Shown piece after piece: positions 9,787-19,522 of a DNA stretch of 64,000 nucleotides; within the stretch, counting starts at the first letter, position 1; each line of letters opens with the position of its first letter. Under the pieces are notes generated by a model, which worked only from the letters and a program-made list of their open reading frames with translations, was not told the DNA's origin and did not search any database. A program made the position numbers and the translations under genes. This DNA is from a virus. The DNA is taken from the IMG/VR virus record IMGVR_UViG_3300032242_002232, positions 1 to 64,000 of that record; one strand, 5' to 3'.

Positions 9787-10847
9787 TGCCAACAATTAAT
9801 TCAGACGCTCTTAAAGTTATGGCAGTTATTAACAAGAAACTTGGCGCAGGTACAGTTGTCTTTGCAGATGAAGTAAATATTCCTGAGCGAATTACTACAG
9901 GATCATTAACTTTAGATACAGTTTTAGGTGGCGGTTGGCCTATGAATCATTGGGTAGAGCTGGTAGGCGAGGCGTCCCACGGAAAGACGGCTTTAGCACT
10001 TAAGACTATTGCAGCAAATCAATCTCGTAACCCAGATTTTACAGCAGTATGGATTGCTGCAGAGCAGTTTGATTCTGGATATGCAGAGATGTGCGGTGTC
10101 GATACAGCACGCGTAATTATTGTAGAGACTAATAGTATGGAGGACGCTTTTGAATCGGTTATTCAATTTATGGAAAGTAAAGCTGTTGACATGGTTGTGG
10201 TTGATTCCCTTCCTGCCTTGGTTCCTAACGCTGAAGATGAGAAGGCTATGGATGAATTCACTGTGGGTCGTGGCGCACTTATTACCAATAAGTTCTTTAG
10301 AAAAGTATCGGGAGTTACAAAGCGACTAATGGATGGGTCAGAACGCCCTATCCTTGGAATTATGATTAACCAGTACCGCATGAAGATTGGAGTTATGCAT
10401 GGGGATCCTCGAACAACCCCAGGCGGATTAGGTAAAGACTATGCCTACTCTATTCGTTGTGAGGTCAAGCGCGATGAGTGGATCGATGTAGGTACGGGTG
10501 AAAACAAGCGCCGTGTAGGTCAGACTATTCGTGTGCGAACCATTAAAAACAAGACTTTCCCCCCACAACAGACCGCTTATATGGATTTTTACTTCTCAGA
10601 AGGTGGAGAAATAGATGCCGGTGCTTACGATAGCGCCAAGGAGATCGTGGCAATGTCCCTAATTAACGGGGTGGTAGAACGTCGTGGCGGATGGATGTAT
10701 TATGGTGACCGTAAGTGGCAGGGTTCTATAAACCTTCTTAACTCTATTCGTGAAGAGGTTGAGCTTAAGGACGAGCTTACTGAGGCAGTTATGAGTTCGC
10801 TTAAACACGGTTCAGCTTCTATCATTGCAGTAGATGATGAAGAGTGA
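9786..10847 (+). CDS. recA: RecA-like recombinase
   Basis: ITTGSLTLD, GEASHGKT, VVVDSLPAL, INQYRMKIG, TTPGG, KNKTFPP. Confidence 0.95.
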   Translation: MPTINSDALKVMAVINKKLGAGTVVFADEVNIPERITTGSLTLDTVLGGGWPMNHWVELVGEASHGKTALALKTIAANQSRNPDFTAVWIAAEQFDSGYAEMCGVDTARVIIVETNSMEDAFESVIQFMESKAVDMVVVDSLPALVPNAEDEKAMDEFTVGRGALITNKFFRKVSGVTKRLMDGSERPILGIMINQYRMKIGVMHGDPRTTPGGLGKDYAYSIRCEVKRDEWIDVGTGENKRRVGQTIRVRTIKNKTFPPQQTAYMDFYFSEGGEIDAGAYDSAKEIVAMSLINGVVERRGGWMYYGDRKWQGSINLLNSIREEVELKDELTEAVMSSLKHGSASIIAVDDEE

Positions 10848-11154
10848 GGGGCAAAAACAGTCTCTTAAGCATGAAAAGCGTTTAGAGAAATCATTAGGCG
10901 GACAGCGCAGCGCTGCCTCCGGTGCTTTTTGGTCGCGCAAAGGTGATGTTAGGACTGACGACTTACTGATTGAACACAAGTGGACTGGAAAGAAAACTGT
11001 GACAATCAAATCGGAGGTTTTAAAAAAGATTACAAAAGAAGCTATCTTAGATAGCCGTATGCCTGTATTAGGGATTCATCTCGACGGTGAGAACTATGTT
11101 ATTTTGGGAGAGGAGGACTTTCTTGAACTACGTAATTCAATTCGAGGTGAATAG
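10837..11154 (+). CDS. Hjc-type (PD-(D/E)xK) Holliday junction resolvase
   Basis: HEKRL...SGA...GDV...IEHK. Confidence 0.75.
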   Translation: MKSEGQKQSLKHEKRLEKSLGGQRSAASGAFWSRKGDVRTDDLLIEHKWTGKKTVTIKSEVLKKITKEAILDSRMPVLGIHLDGENYVILGEEDFLELRNSIRGE

Positions 11155-11475
11155 TTGTACGAAAAAGATACAGTATCTTGGTCTTGGCGATATGAGGCCA
11201 AGTGCAAAGGCGAAGACACAGAAATGTTCTTTCCTCCCCGAGACAAAGCTTTATACAAGCCCATAGCCGATGCCGCTAAAGCTATTTGTTATGGTCGTGA
11301 TGGAAGGCCCGCATGCCCTGTAAAAGATCAGTGTTTAAAAGAGGCTATTAAAAACGATGAACTACACGGGATCTTTGGCGGTATGAGTCACAGAGAGCGC
11401 AATGCTCTTAAAAGGAAGTATACTAAACAAGGATTAACACTTGACCAATGGCTGGCTAAAAACAAGGAGTTTTAA
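11155..11475 (+). CDS. whiB: WhiB-family factor #2
   Basis: WRYEAKC...FFP...C(x8)CPVKDQC...GIFGGMSHRER. Confidence 0.88.
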   Translation: MYEKDTVSWSWRYEAKCKGEDTEMFFPPRDKALYKPIADAAKAICYGRDGRPACPVKDQCLKEAIKNDELHGIFGGMSHRERNALKRKYTKQGLTLDQWLAKNKEF

Positions 11476-11476
11476 A

Positions 11477-12367
11477 TTGAGAGAAAAAGCAGTATCTAGT
11501 ATCAAGTTAAAAAATTACTTGGAGACTAAAAAGAGAGATACTCGCTTGATGGGCGAAATTGAGCGCCACATTTTATCAAAACCTTTTGAAGAGCGCAGTC
11601 AGACTGTTCTACATCCCTCTGATATTATTAAACCTGAGTGGTGCGCTCTCGCGGCCTATCATGCTCTTAATGGAAATTACATAGAGACTCGAGAGCGGCC
11701 CACTCTTCGACTTCAATCTATTTTTGATACCGGGCACGGAGCTCACGCAAAGTGGCAGGGGTATTTACGTGAGATGGGTGTTTTATTTGGTAAATGGCAT
11801 AACCATCGCACAGGAGATTACACTTGGGCTACTTCTAAAGATATTCGCGGCATAGCTTTACGCGATCTTGAGTATGAGGAAGTACCTTTGTATAGTGCTA
11901 AACACCGCATGTCAGGACACTCTGATGGTTGGGTTAAAGGTTTAGGAGAAGATTTTTTAATTGAAATTAAGACAATCGGTGCCGGAACTATACGCATAGA
12001 GGCTCCAGGGCTATTTGGCGGTAGCAATGATTTAGAGACTGCTTGGAGAAACATACGACAGCCATTCAGAACTCATCAACTTCAAGGCCAGGTATATCTA
12101 CATCTTTGCCACATCATGGCTGAAGAGGGCTCTTTACCCTCGGCGCCTAAGGAAATTGTCTTCATGTACGAACTTAAGTCAAATCAAGACTATAAAGAGT
12201 TCTCTGTAACCTACGATCCTGAATTTTCAAAACCTTATTTTGAAGCCGCTTTAGACGTAGTTTGGGCAGTAGAAAACGAACGCCCACCCGTGTGTACTAT
12301 TGATGCTGTGTTAGGATGTTCTCGTTGCAAGCCATTTAGGGGGGAAGATGTTAATGACATCAAATAA
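11477..12367 (+). CDS. Cas4-like PD-(D/E)xK exonuclease
   Basis: HPSD..C, GHSDG, IEIKT, QGQVY, C-terminal C..CSRC; TTG start after AAGGAG. Confidence 0.8.
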   Translation: MREKAVSSIKLKNYLETKKRDTRLMGEIERHILSKPFEERSQTVLHPSDIIKPEWCALAAYHALNGNYIETRERPTLRLQSIFDTGHGAHAKWQGYLREMGVLFGKWHNHRTGDYTWATSKDIRGIALRDLEYEEVPLYSAKHRMSGHSDGWVKGLGEDFLIEIKTIGAGTIRIEAPGLFGGSNDLETAWRNIRQPFRTHQLQGQVYLHLCHIMAEEGSLPSAPKEIVFMYELKSNQDYKEFSVTYDPEFSKPYFEAALDVVWAVENERPPVCTIDAVLGCSRCKPFRGEDVNDIK

Positions 12368-12848
12368 TGTAGGTCTAAGTCAAGAAGCAATCGCTACGCT
12401 TTCTGATAGCGGTTTTAATCTGCCAAAGAAACCAAACTATGAAATTCCAAGTTTACCTCGAGATATTACTGAATTAGATGATCCCGCACTTATGGATTTA
12501 TTTGTGCAATTTACTCAATGGAATGATCACGCTTCAGGCCTATTTGCCGTAGCTGTTATTGATGAGAGAGAAGCTCAGCGGGCATTAGATAATGCAGAAG
12601 CTGTTGCAATTCTTAGTAATTGGACCGGAGCAAAAGGAACCACAGTAACTTTAGTCAAAGCCACAATTGCCGCTTCTCCTGAAATTCAAAAGCTTTCAAA
12701 AGAGCTAGATACTAAGTATGCCTTTCGTAAATTAATAGAGGCTCGTATGGAAAACGTAGAACGAGACGCCGCGCTAGTTTCACGAGAACTTACTCGTAGA
12801 ACCTCTGATGGGGGGATGCGCTCACGACAGCGTAAATTCACGACATGA
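12354..12848 (+). CDS. hypothetical helical protein (possible recombination mediator)
   Basis: Coiled-coil ORF between the nucleases. Confidence 0.55.
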   Translation: MTSNNVGLSQEAIATLSDSGFNLPKKPNYEIPSLPRDITELDDPALMDLFVQFTQWNDHASGLFAVAVIDEREAQRALDNAEAVAILSNWTGAKGTTVTLVKATIAASPEIQKLSKELDTKYAFRKLIEARMENVERDAALVSRELTRRTSDGGMRSRQRKFTT

Positions 12849-13429
12849 AGTCAAAAACTTTGGTATTTGATGGTGGAGTAAAAGATAACGAAAAGGTTTA
12901 CCTTGGTGTTGATCAATCTCTAACACACTACGGTGTTACCGTGATAAGTGAAGACGGTTTACGATACAAAACTTGGGTTTATTCTTCCCCTTTACGAGGT
13001 GTTGATCGTTTACGAGATATCGCCTTATTTTTTGGAGAAAACATTCTTGAGGCATATGTAATCTTGGATTCAGCTATGGAGGGGTATGCTTATTCTTCCA
13101 CCATGGCACATATGGCTGGTGAGGTAGGTGCCATGACTAAGATGGAAATTGCTTGTTTTTGCTACTATGGAAAAGCAAAATACCCTTTGATTGTTTCCCC
13201 ATCAATGGTAAAAAAATATATAACCGGAAAAGGCACAGGAATTAACAAGAACCAAATTCTTTTAAATGTGTTTAAAAAATGGGGGATCGAGTTTACTGAT
13301 GACAACGCCGCCGACTCCTATGGGTTAGCCCGGATAGCCTCGGGCAGGGCAGACACCGCCTATGAAAAAGAAATAATTACTAAGCTAGAAGACCCAAAGT
13401 TTAGAGAAGGAGTCTATACAGGCAAGTAA
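12845..13429 (+). CDS. ruvC: RuvC-like resolvase
   Basis: GVDQSLTHYG, MEGY, KKYITGKG, DNAADSYGLA. Confidence 0.85.
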   Translation: MKSKTLVFDGGVKDNEKVYLGVDQSLTHYGVTVISEDGLRYKTWVYSSPLRGVDRLRDIALFFGENILEAYVILDSAMEGYAYSSTMAHMAGEVGAMTKMEIACFCYYGKAKYPLIVSPSMVKKYITGKGTGINKNQILLNVFKKWGIEFTDDNAADSYGLARIASGRADTAYEKEIITKLEDPKFREGVYTGK

Positions 13430-13518
13430 ATACACCTTTAGACCCTAAACGGGTATAAAACCAGCAATACTTAGTCCTGAGGGCATCACTATAAATCGAA
13501 CCCAAAGGACTACAAACA

Positions 13519-13797
13519 GTGACAGAAGAAACAGAAGATAAACATTTACGCGTTGGAGCAGGTTCTAACGCTCAATCTGTAGGCTCGGCTATTGCCCATG
13601 CCCTTTATGAATCCCCACAAGTTAAAGTACGCGCTGTAGGCGCCTCTGCTGTAAATCAAGCCGTTAAAGCTATCGCTATTGCCAGCGGCTACGTTGCCCC
13701 TCGAGGAGTGCGATTGGCCTGCATTCCAGGTTTTACTACAGTTGACTCAAGAGACGGCCAAATTTCGGCGATTGTCTTTACAATCTTCGGTCTATAA
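13519..13797 (+). CDS. spoVS: SpoVS-family (Alba fold) protein
   Basis: LRVGAGSNAQSVGSAIA...AVGASAVNQAVKAIAIASGYVAPRG...CIPGF. Confidence 0.9.
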   Translation: MTEETEDKHLRVGAGSNAQSVGSAIAHALYESPQVKVRAVGASAVNQAVKAIAIASGYVAPRGVRLACIPGFTTVDSRDGQISAIVFTIFGL

Positions 13798-13845
13798 CGT
13801 ATTCTTGTACTGAGATCTCAACTCAACCTTAAGGAAGTAGAAACT

Positions 13846-14145
13846 ATGGCACGTCAGACAATGGGTAAAGAAGGAGCGAAGTTTTCTTCACCTTCAGCCT
13901 CACCCAAGGCAGGCAAACTTATGCCTAAGAAAGATTCAAAATCAATGGACCCATACGCCCAGCCAATGGGTAAAAAGGGTATGTCAGCTCCAGATAAAAA
14001 TGGTGCTGCCCATACAATTAAAGCTACATATATGAAGCAAAACGAACCGGCAGCCTCTTCAACTCAGGCAAATGGTCGTATCATGAACCCCGCAATTAAA
14101 AGAAGCGTTGACAGCTTCGGCGAAGGAATGAGCACTTCTTACTAA
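13846..14145 (+). CDS. basic low-complexity hypothetical protein
   Basis: ORF with SD AAGGAAG. Confidence 0.6.
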   Translation: MARQTMGKEGAKFSSPSASPKAGKLMPKKDSKSMDPYAQPMGKKGMSAPDKNGAAHTIKATYMKQNEPAASSTQANGRIMNPAIKRSVDSFGEGMSTSY

Positions 14146-14211
14146 AGTAGTGTAGGATTCTATGTAGGGCCTCTTAACCGAGGCTCTACATAAAGTCCTA
14201 GGAGGGGCAAC

Positions 14212-14445
14212 ATGTTAGACGAGCTTTATGAAGAAGCTAAAGATAAAAGCAAAATTAGTAATCATTGCGTAGTGGGTCAGTGGTCTGTTTCTTTGACTGA
14301 TAGTGACAAGGCTGCGTTTAATACATCAATAAATGATGTAGACTTTTCAACTAGAAGTTTATTTAAGCTATATCAAAAAGCAGGGGCAACCTTCGGCCTA
14401 ACATCTCTGCTTACGCACCGAAACGGAGAATGTGGATGTCCCTAG
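14212..14445 (+). CDS. hypothetical protein
   Basis: SD GGAGG; HRNGECGC; preceded by a long hairpin at about 14153-14200. Confidence 0.65.
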   Translation: MLDELYEEAKDKSKISNHCVVGQWSVSLTDSDKAAFNTSINDVDFSTRSLFKLYQKAGATFGLTSLLTHRNGECGCP

Positions 14446-15614
14446 CAGATGAGTATGATTCTATAATTCAATCAGGTAACCAAGGTTCAGATAAAGTAAA
14501 TAAAAGCATTCCGGATGCTTGGCGTCCGCGTTCTGAAATTGGAACAGATGGTGGTTTTGTAGTTTCTACCCCTCGTCCAGATGGTAATACGCCTGGCGCA
14601 GAAGACATACTTCGTGAAGCAAATTTAAATCCCGAAGAGTGGGCAGTAGTTTCTCATCGTCGTTCTCGTTGGCAAACTTTTAATGGCGATTGGTTAGAAT
14701 CTTTTAGAGTTAACGTAGTCCCAGTACAAGGAAGCGTTGAAAAAGATTACGATTTAGAGCAACTACTCGATACTGTTTCTAAATGGAAACCCGGAAAAGT
14801 TACAGAGTTTAATGGAGATCTTACCGCCGTATACAGCATCGGAGATACTCAGTATGGTAAAGACGATACTCCAGCAATCATTGATCGTGTTTTACGTTCT
14901 TTAGATGAGGCTGTAGAGCATCACAAATATCTTTCAAAGAAGTACGATATAGGTCAAATAGCTTTACCTCAGCTTGGTGATTGCATTGAAGGTATGACAA
15001 GTCAAAAAGGTAAAGTAATGGGACGCCACGATATCGGGGTATCAGAGCAGGTACGTGTAGGTCGACGTATGTTGTTAGCTCAGATTAAAGCAATGGCACC
15101 TTTAGCAAATAAGATTATTGTTCCTGTAGTTCCAGGTAATCACGACGAAGTACAGCGTTTCTTAGTAGGTCGCCCAGAAGATTCATGGCAGATTGAGGTT
15201 GTTTCGCAGGTAGAAGACATCTGCAAAGAAAATGATTTTTTACGAGATCGCGTAGAGTTTAGATATCCAGCTGCAGACGACAGCACTATTGCTGTAAATC
15301 TAAGTGGTGTTTTATTTGGTATGGCTCACGGACATCAATCACGCGATATGGTCAAGTGGTGGGGTGGTCAAGCTATGGGACGTTGTGCTGTAGCAAACGC
15401 AGATATATTAAATGTTGGTCACTATCACCATTATTATGCCAAGAGCGTTGGTCCACGCTTATTTATTCAAAATCCAGCTATGGACAACGGTTCTGCTTGG
15501 TTTAGAGATAAGTCTGGTTTAGAAAGCGCCCCAGGCATAGTGTCTATGGTGCTAGGTGATGGTTTTGATCCTCGCCGAGAACTAATTGTTCTTGGTGGAC
15601 ATAACGATCGTTAA
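14436..15614 (+). CDS. calcineurin-like metallophosphoesterase
   Basis: IGDTQ, LGDCIEG, PGNHD, AHGH, GHYHH. Confidence 0.88.
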   Translation: MSLADEYDSIIQSGNQGSDKVNKSIPDAWRPRSEIGTDGGFVVSTPRPDGNTPGAEDILREANLNPEEWAVVSHRRSRWQTFNGDWLESFRVNVVPVQGSVEKDYDLEQLLDTVSKWKPGKVTEFNGDLTAVYSIGDTQYGKDDTPAIIDRVLRSLDEAVEHHKYLSKKYDIGQIALPQLGDCIEGMTSQKGKVMGRHDIGVSEQVRVGRRMLLAQIKAMAPLANKIIVPVVPGNHDEVQRFLVGRPEDSWQIEVVSQVEDICKENDFLRDRVEFRYPAADDSTIAVNLSGVLFGMAHGHQSRDMVKWWGGQAMGRCAVANADILNVGHYHHYYAKSVGPRLFIQNPAMDNGSAWFRDKSGLESAPGIVSMVLGDGFDPRRELIVLGGHNDR

Positions 15615-15895
15615 GCTTTAGAAGACTTTTTCTTTTCTAATATTAAATCTTCTTCTGTTAAAGACTTGCTGTCAATTTGTGAAAAAGCAGCATCAATTTC
15701 AAGTTTATCAAGCTTGCCATCATCTAGAAATGAGCGGGCAAGTCTTTCTACCACTGTAGCTACGCCAGTAATTCCGGCTACAGCAACAGCTTTGATTGTT
15801 GATATGCCGGCCAAGGCTCCAGCACCAATTACTGATAAACCTGAGGCAGCAAATACTGCAAAAATACGGGCAATTGTGTTAGTTAGTTTGTTCAT
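15611..15895 (-). CDS. small membrane protein
   Basis: Two hydrophobic helices, charged tail. Confidence 0.7.
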   Translation of the reverse strand: MNKLTNTIARIFAVFAASGLSVIGAGALAGISTIKAVAVAGITGVATVVERLARSFLDDGKLDKLEIDAAFSQIDSKSLTEEDLILEKKKSSKA

Positions 15896-16064
15896 CTTTT
15901 TCCTTAGGGTTACGTAGACGATATGTTGCTATCCATAAAAATACGGAGATAAGGATTGCATCTCCAACTACAGTTTTAGCACTACCAGTTAATACCAACC
16001 ATGCAGCAAATAAACCTACAAAGGTCCAAATTTGGTTAGCTAAATCTTGCAAGATGCCTTTCAT
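15879..16064 (-). CDS. small 2-TM membrane protein
   Basis: WTFVGLFAAWLVL, ILISVFLWIATY. Confidence 0.7.
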   Translation of the reverse strand: MKGILQDLANQIWTFVGLFAAWLVLTGSAKTVVGDAILISVFLWIATYRLRNPKEKDEQTN

Positions 16065-17782
16065 TAGAATCTCCTTCTTAGTTGTGAAATTCCAGAGGCA
16101 ACAATTGTGGCTACTAGAATCTTTTTAGCTTTTTTACGTGTAACTGGGGACATGTCATTGCCTATGTTTGCCAAAGCAACATACGCATGGTTTAGTGATT
16201 GAATCGCAGCACCTGCACCAGGGATAGCGTCAAGCGCTGCTGGTAGTTCTACAGGTGTTTCTACGATTGGTACGGCAACGTCTGGTGCGTTAAATGTTGT
16301 TCCGCCTGGTTGTCCGATAAATGTGTCCGTAATTGTAATTGCCTCAGGTGGGATAGGTAATCCTGAACCAGGTGGTGGCGGTGGTGGGGTCAAAGTTCCA
16401 TCCTCTTGAATTACCTGCGGTTGACTTTTAGTACCAAAGAACTCAATACCACCGTTTTCTACACCGGGTTTATCTTCCTGTATGTGCGGTATCAGCAGTT
16501 CCTTTGGCGCTTCTTTAGGTGTATCCTCTGGTAATTGGTTAGGGCTATTAGGTACAAGTCCATCTACAACAGGAGGTTCAGGTGCAGGAGCAGGAGCAGG
16601 TAAAGGTTCGGGAGCAGGTGCAGGTTCTGGTGCAGGCTCTGGCGCAGGCGCAGGATCTGGTGCGGGAGCAGGCTGAGGATCAGGTGCGGGTGTTGGGTCT
16701 GGCGCTGGCTCGGGCCCAGGAGCTGGCTCAGGTTGTGGGTCTGGGGCAGGTGCAGGAGCTGGGTCTGGTGCAGGGGCTGGATCGGGAGCGGGAGCGGGCT
16801 CGGTCTGAGGTTCTAGCGCAGGGGCAGGCTCAGGCTCTGGCGCAGGTTGCGGCGCAGGTTCTACAACAGGTGGCTGACTTACAGGCTCCGGCCTTGGAGC
16901 AGGATCCGGTTGAGGATTTACTGGGGCCGGGTCCACTGGTGGAGTTGTAGGCTGTGGAAGAATTGGGTCCGGAGATGGCGCCGGAGACGGCTGAGGCTTT
17001 GGAGAAGGCTGCACAGTTGGCGTTGGCGAAGGCGTTGGCAAAGGCTCGGGAGAAGAGGTAGGTGATGGAGAAGTGGTCACTGTTGCGGTATCTGATACCG
17101 ATGGTTGTATTGACTCCGGTGTGGGGGATGGTGTTGTTTGCGGTGTGGGTTTTATTGAAGAGGAGGGACTAGGAGATGGCGTTGGTTGCTGTGTTGGTTC
17201 TGGGCTTGGGCTCGGGCTTGGTGTTGGGCTATTGGTCGGCGATGCCGAGGGTGAAGCGCTTGCAGAAGGACTCGGATCACTTGTTAGAGTTGGTGATTGA
17301 GTTGGCTGAGGACTTGGCTTGGGAGTGGGGGTTTGAGTTGGTTTGGGAGCCTGTTCTGGAGCAAGACGAATTTTAACTCCATCTGAAAATGCAGAGTAGA
17401 TGTGGTCTGTGTCATCATCAGCCCTAACTCTAAAATCCCACATAGTTGCAGAAGGAACAATTTGATTTAATATTGCAACAGGTATATTAAATTCGGTTTT
17501 TAAAGATTGTTTATCTCCGCCATTACCTGTAGCCATACCAAAACCTGCTCCACAGCCGTTAAAATCTGTAGGGCAGTTAAAAAAAATTGCGTATCTTTCT
17601 ACTTTTCCTGTTTCTGGCGCTTCCCACTGAAGCTTAACAACCCCGTTATTAACTTCTACTTGAAGATTTGTGGGTGCAGAAAGTGTCGGCTCATCACCGA
17701 AGGCTGTTGATACGATTAGTACTGGGTAGAATGCTGCGAATAGTGCGACGGATAATGCTGCGAGTAGGCGCAGTGCTTTTAT
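16064..17782 (-). CDS. surface protein: signal peptide + FnIII-like domain + Pro-rich stalk + C-terminal anchor (ATA start)
   Basis: Frame stays open 82 codons upstream of track start 17536 to an ATA 6 nt after AAGGAG; SAPTNLQV..VKLQWEAP..RY; PEP/PAP repeats. Confidence 0.75.
   Translation of the reverse strand: MKALRLLAALSVALFAAFYPVLIVSTAFGDEPTLSAPTNLQVEVNNGVVKLQWEAPETGKVERYAIFFNCPTDFNGCGAGFGMATGNGGDKQSLKTEFNIPVAILNQIVPSATMWDFRVRADDDTDHIYSAFSDGVKIRLAPEQAPKPTQTPTPKPSPQPTQSPTLTSDPSPSASASPSASPTNSPTPSPSPSPEPTQQPTPSPSPSSSIKPTPQTTPSPTPESIQPSVSDTATVTTSPSPTSSPEPLPTPSPTPTVQPSPKPQPSPAPSPDPILPQPTTPPVDPAPVNPQPDPAPRPEPVSQPPVVEPAPQPAPEPEPAPALEPQTEPAPAPDPAPAPDPAPAPAPDPQPEPAPGPEPAPDPTPAPDPQPAPAPDPAPAPEPAPEPAPAPEPLPAPAPAPEPPVVDGLVPNSPNQLPEDTPKEAPKELLIPHIQEDKPGVENGGIEFFGTKSQPQVIQEDGTLTPPPPPPGSGLPIPPEAITITDTFIGQPGGTTFNAPDVAVPIVETPVELPAALDAIPGAGAAIQSLNHAYVALANIGNDMSPVTRKKAKKILVATIVASGISQLRRRF
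16560..17360 (-). repeat. Pro-rich low-complexity coding repeats
   Basis: PSP/PTP and PAP/PEP/PDP repeats. Confidence 0.85.
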
Positions 17783-17878
17783 CTAAGTCTCCTTCTGTCA
17801 GTACATGAGTTTAGCATTACAAGGTGTATTATTAAGGGCATATTAGTGTCACTGTACCTACAAACCCCGGAGAACTTA

Positions 17879-18211
17879 ATGACCGCTTCTGACTGGGCAA
17901 CAATTGTTTACTCTTATTTTTTTGTAACTGCCGGTATCGGGGGAGGTTTGTGGTTCGTGTTAAAGAAAGCAATCCAGCACGTAGTAGAAGAAAATAGGGC
18001 AAAAACTAAAGAAGCTATGGCAGAAGCCTCTATAGAGCTTCGACACAATGGTGGCAGCTCCCTAGTAGATGTGGTAAAGTTACAACTATTACCACTAGTC
18101 CAAGAGCTAAGAGCAGGCCAAGTAGAAATTGGTCAAACTGTTTCAAAGCTTGAAGGAAAATTTGAACAACATATTGAGGAGCACTCATGGCCAACGCAGC
18201 AACGGTTGTAG
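17879..18211 (+). CDS. membrane protein upstream of endolysin (holin/lysis accessory)
   Basis: N-terminal TM, NGGSSL.D motif, coiled coil. Confidence 0.65.
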   Translation: MTASDWATIVYSYFFVTAGIGGGLWFVLKKAIQHVVEENRAKTKEAMAEASIELRHNGGSSLVDVVKLQLLPLVQELRAGQVEIGQTVSKLEGKFEQHIEEHSWPTQQRL

Positions 18212-18681
18212 CCACAGCAAAGAAGTACGCTGATCAGGCTTACAAAGAAGGAACAAATAACGACACAGTATTTGGTATTTGGTACGGAATGAACCACCAA
18301 CCTTGGTGCGCAATGTTTGTATCTAAATGCTTTGACGAAGCAGGGCTTGCGCCACTGGTGGCCGCTTCTACAAAAAAAGGTTTTGCAGCTTGCAATGCAG
18401 GCTTTGCATGGTTTCAAAAGAATAATCAAATTGTCCCAGTAGGTAAAGCGCAAGCCGGGGATATCGTATTTTTTAATTTTGATGCTGACGTCCATACAGC
18501 AGAACATGTTGGTATCGTCGTATCAAACGATGGTAAGGGGACCCTAACCACCGTAGAAGGAAACACCTCAGGCGAGTCTCATACCGGTGGTTCCCAAGCT
18601 AATGGAGACGGTGTTTTTATTCGTCACCGCGCTTACTCCTTGGTAATGGGCATTGCCCGGCCAAAATATCCTGTAGCTTAG
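18187..18681 (+). CDS. CHAP-domain endolysin
   Basis: QPWCAMFVS, GDIVFF, HVGIV, TVEGNTS. Confidence 0.88.
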   Translation: MANAATVVATAKKYADQAYKEGTNNDTVFGIWYGMNHQPWCAMFVSKCFDEAGLAPLVAASTKKGFAACNAGFAWFQKNNQIVPVGKAQAGDIVFFNFDADVHTAEHVGIVVSNDGKGTLTTVEGNTSGESHTGGSQANGDGVFIRHRAYSLVMGIARPKYPVA

Positions 18682-18716
18682 GTGTAAGATATAGCTACCC
18701 TATCGAAAGAGGAAAC

Positions 18717-18911
18717 ATGAATTCAAAAGCACTTCAGGCACTAGTAGCTTCATATGCTCGTACCGCTGTATCAGCAGCACTTGGTATGTATATGGCTGGT
18801 CATACAGACGTTAAGTCAATTGGTATGGCAGCAGCCGGCGCAGTGGCTGGCCCATTGCTTCGCGCACTTAATCCAAAAGATGCAGCTTTTGGTATTGGCG
18901 CATCCAAGTAA
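18717..18911 (+). CDS. putative holin
   Basis: 2 TM helices, PLLRALNPKDAAFG; follows the endolysin. Confidence 0.7.
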   Translation: MNSKALQALVASYARTAVSAALGMYMAGHTDVKSIGMAAAGAVAGPLLRALNPKDAAFGIGASK

Positions 18912-18926
18912 CATATTAATGTAAAT

Positions 18927-18960
18927 GGCGGGAGGTAAACCCTCCCGCTTTTTGCTTTTA
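18927..18960 (+). terminator. intrinsic terminator
   Basis: GGCGGGAGG-TAAAC-CCTCCCGCT + T tract. Confidence 0.75.
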
Positions 18961-18976
18961 AGCGTAGAATTACAGC

Positions 18977-19522
18977 ATGCCTCAATCACATCAAAACTGG
19001 CAGTACCTTGGAGCTAATGGCTACGTAGGTGCTTACACAACCACAGGCGGTGGCGGTACCCCAGTCATTCCTCGTTCCGATCTTGATTTTTTGCGGCTTG
19101 GTGTTGGTCGTACTCCCGAGGCAGAATATCCAGATGGCTACCTAGGAACTATTCGTTCTCGTCGTGACGATCGTGGTCGCGCATCATCCACATCAGATAC
19201 AGTTTTAGATTCACTTAAGAATAGACAAAATCAACGTGGATACCAACGCGGTGTTCACAAGGGTGAAAGAATTGATCAAGCTCAATATTTTTGGCCTGAA
19301 GGATTAGCGCCAGATCGCAGATTAAAACAAAATCTTTATTCAGTAGAGTATGTAGATGGCGGCATTGCTATGAAAGTAAACCGCAATACCCCTAAGATGA
19401 AGTTAGCTCCAGCCCCACACCTTGTTAACGACGGTAAAGCAAACATTTCAGCTAATGTACCCGCAGAGTTTAACCCAACAGTTTCTCGCCAGTTCACTCA
19501 CCTACGACCACATTGGAACTAA
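18977..19522 (+). CDS. hypothetical protein (leaderless)
   Basis: TAGAAT-6nt-ATG; AEYPDGYLGTI, YQRGVHKGERID. Confidence 0.7.
   Translation: MPQSHQNWQYLGANGYVGAYTTTGGGGTPVIPRSDLDFLRLGVGRTPEAEYPDGYLGTIRSRRDDRGRASSTSDTVLDSLKNRQNQRGYQRGVHKGERIDQAQYFWPEGLAPDRRLKQNLYSVEYVDGGIAMKVNRNTPKMKLAPAPHLVNDGKANISANVPAEFNPTVSRQFTHLRPHWN

Noticed and set aside
11477-12367. CRISPR-Cas system
   Set aside because: Solo Cas4-like nuclease in a recombination block; no repeat-spacer array or other cas genes seen
17783-17800. Alternative genetic code (TAG readthrough)
   Set aside because: TAG ends many normal genes in the window, an in-frame TGA lies just upstream, and no suppressor tRNA is present
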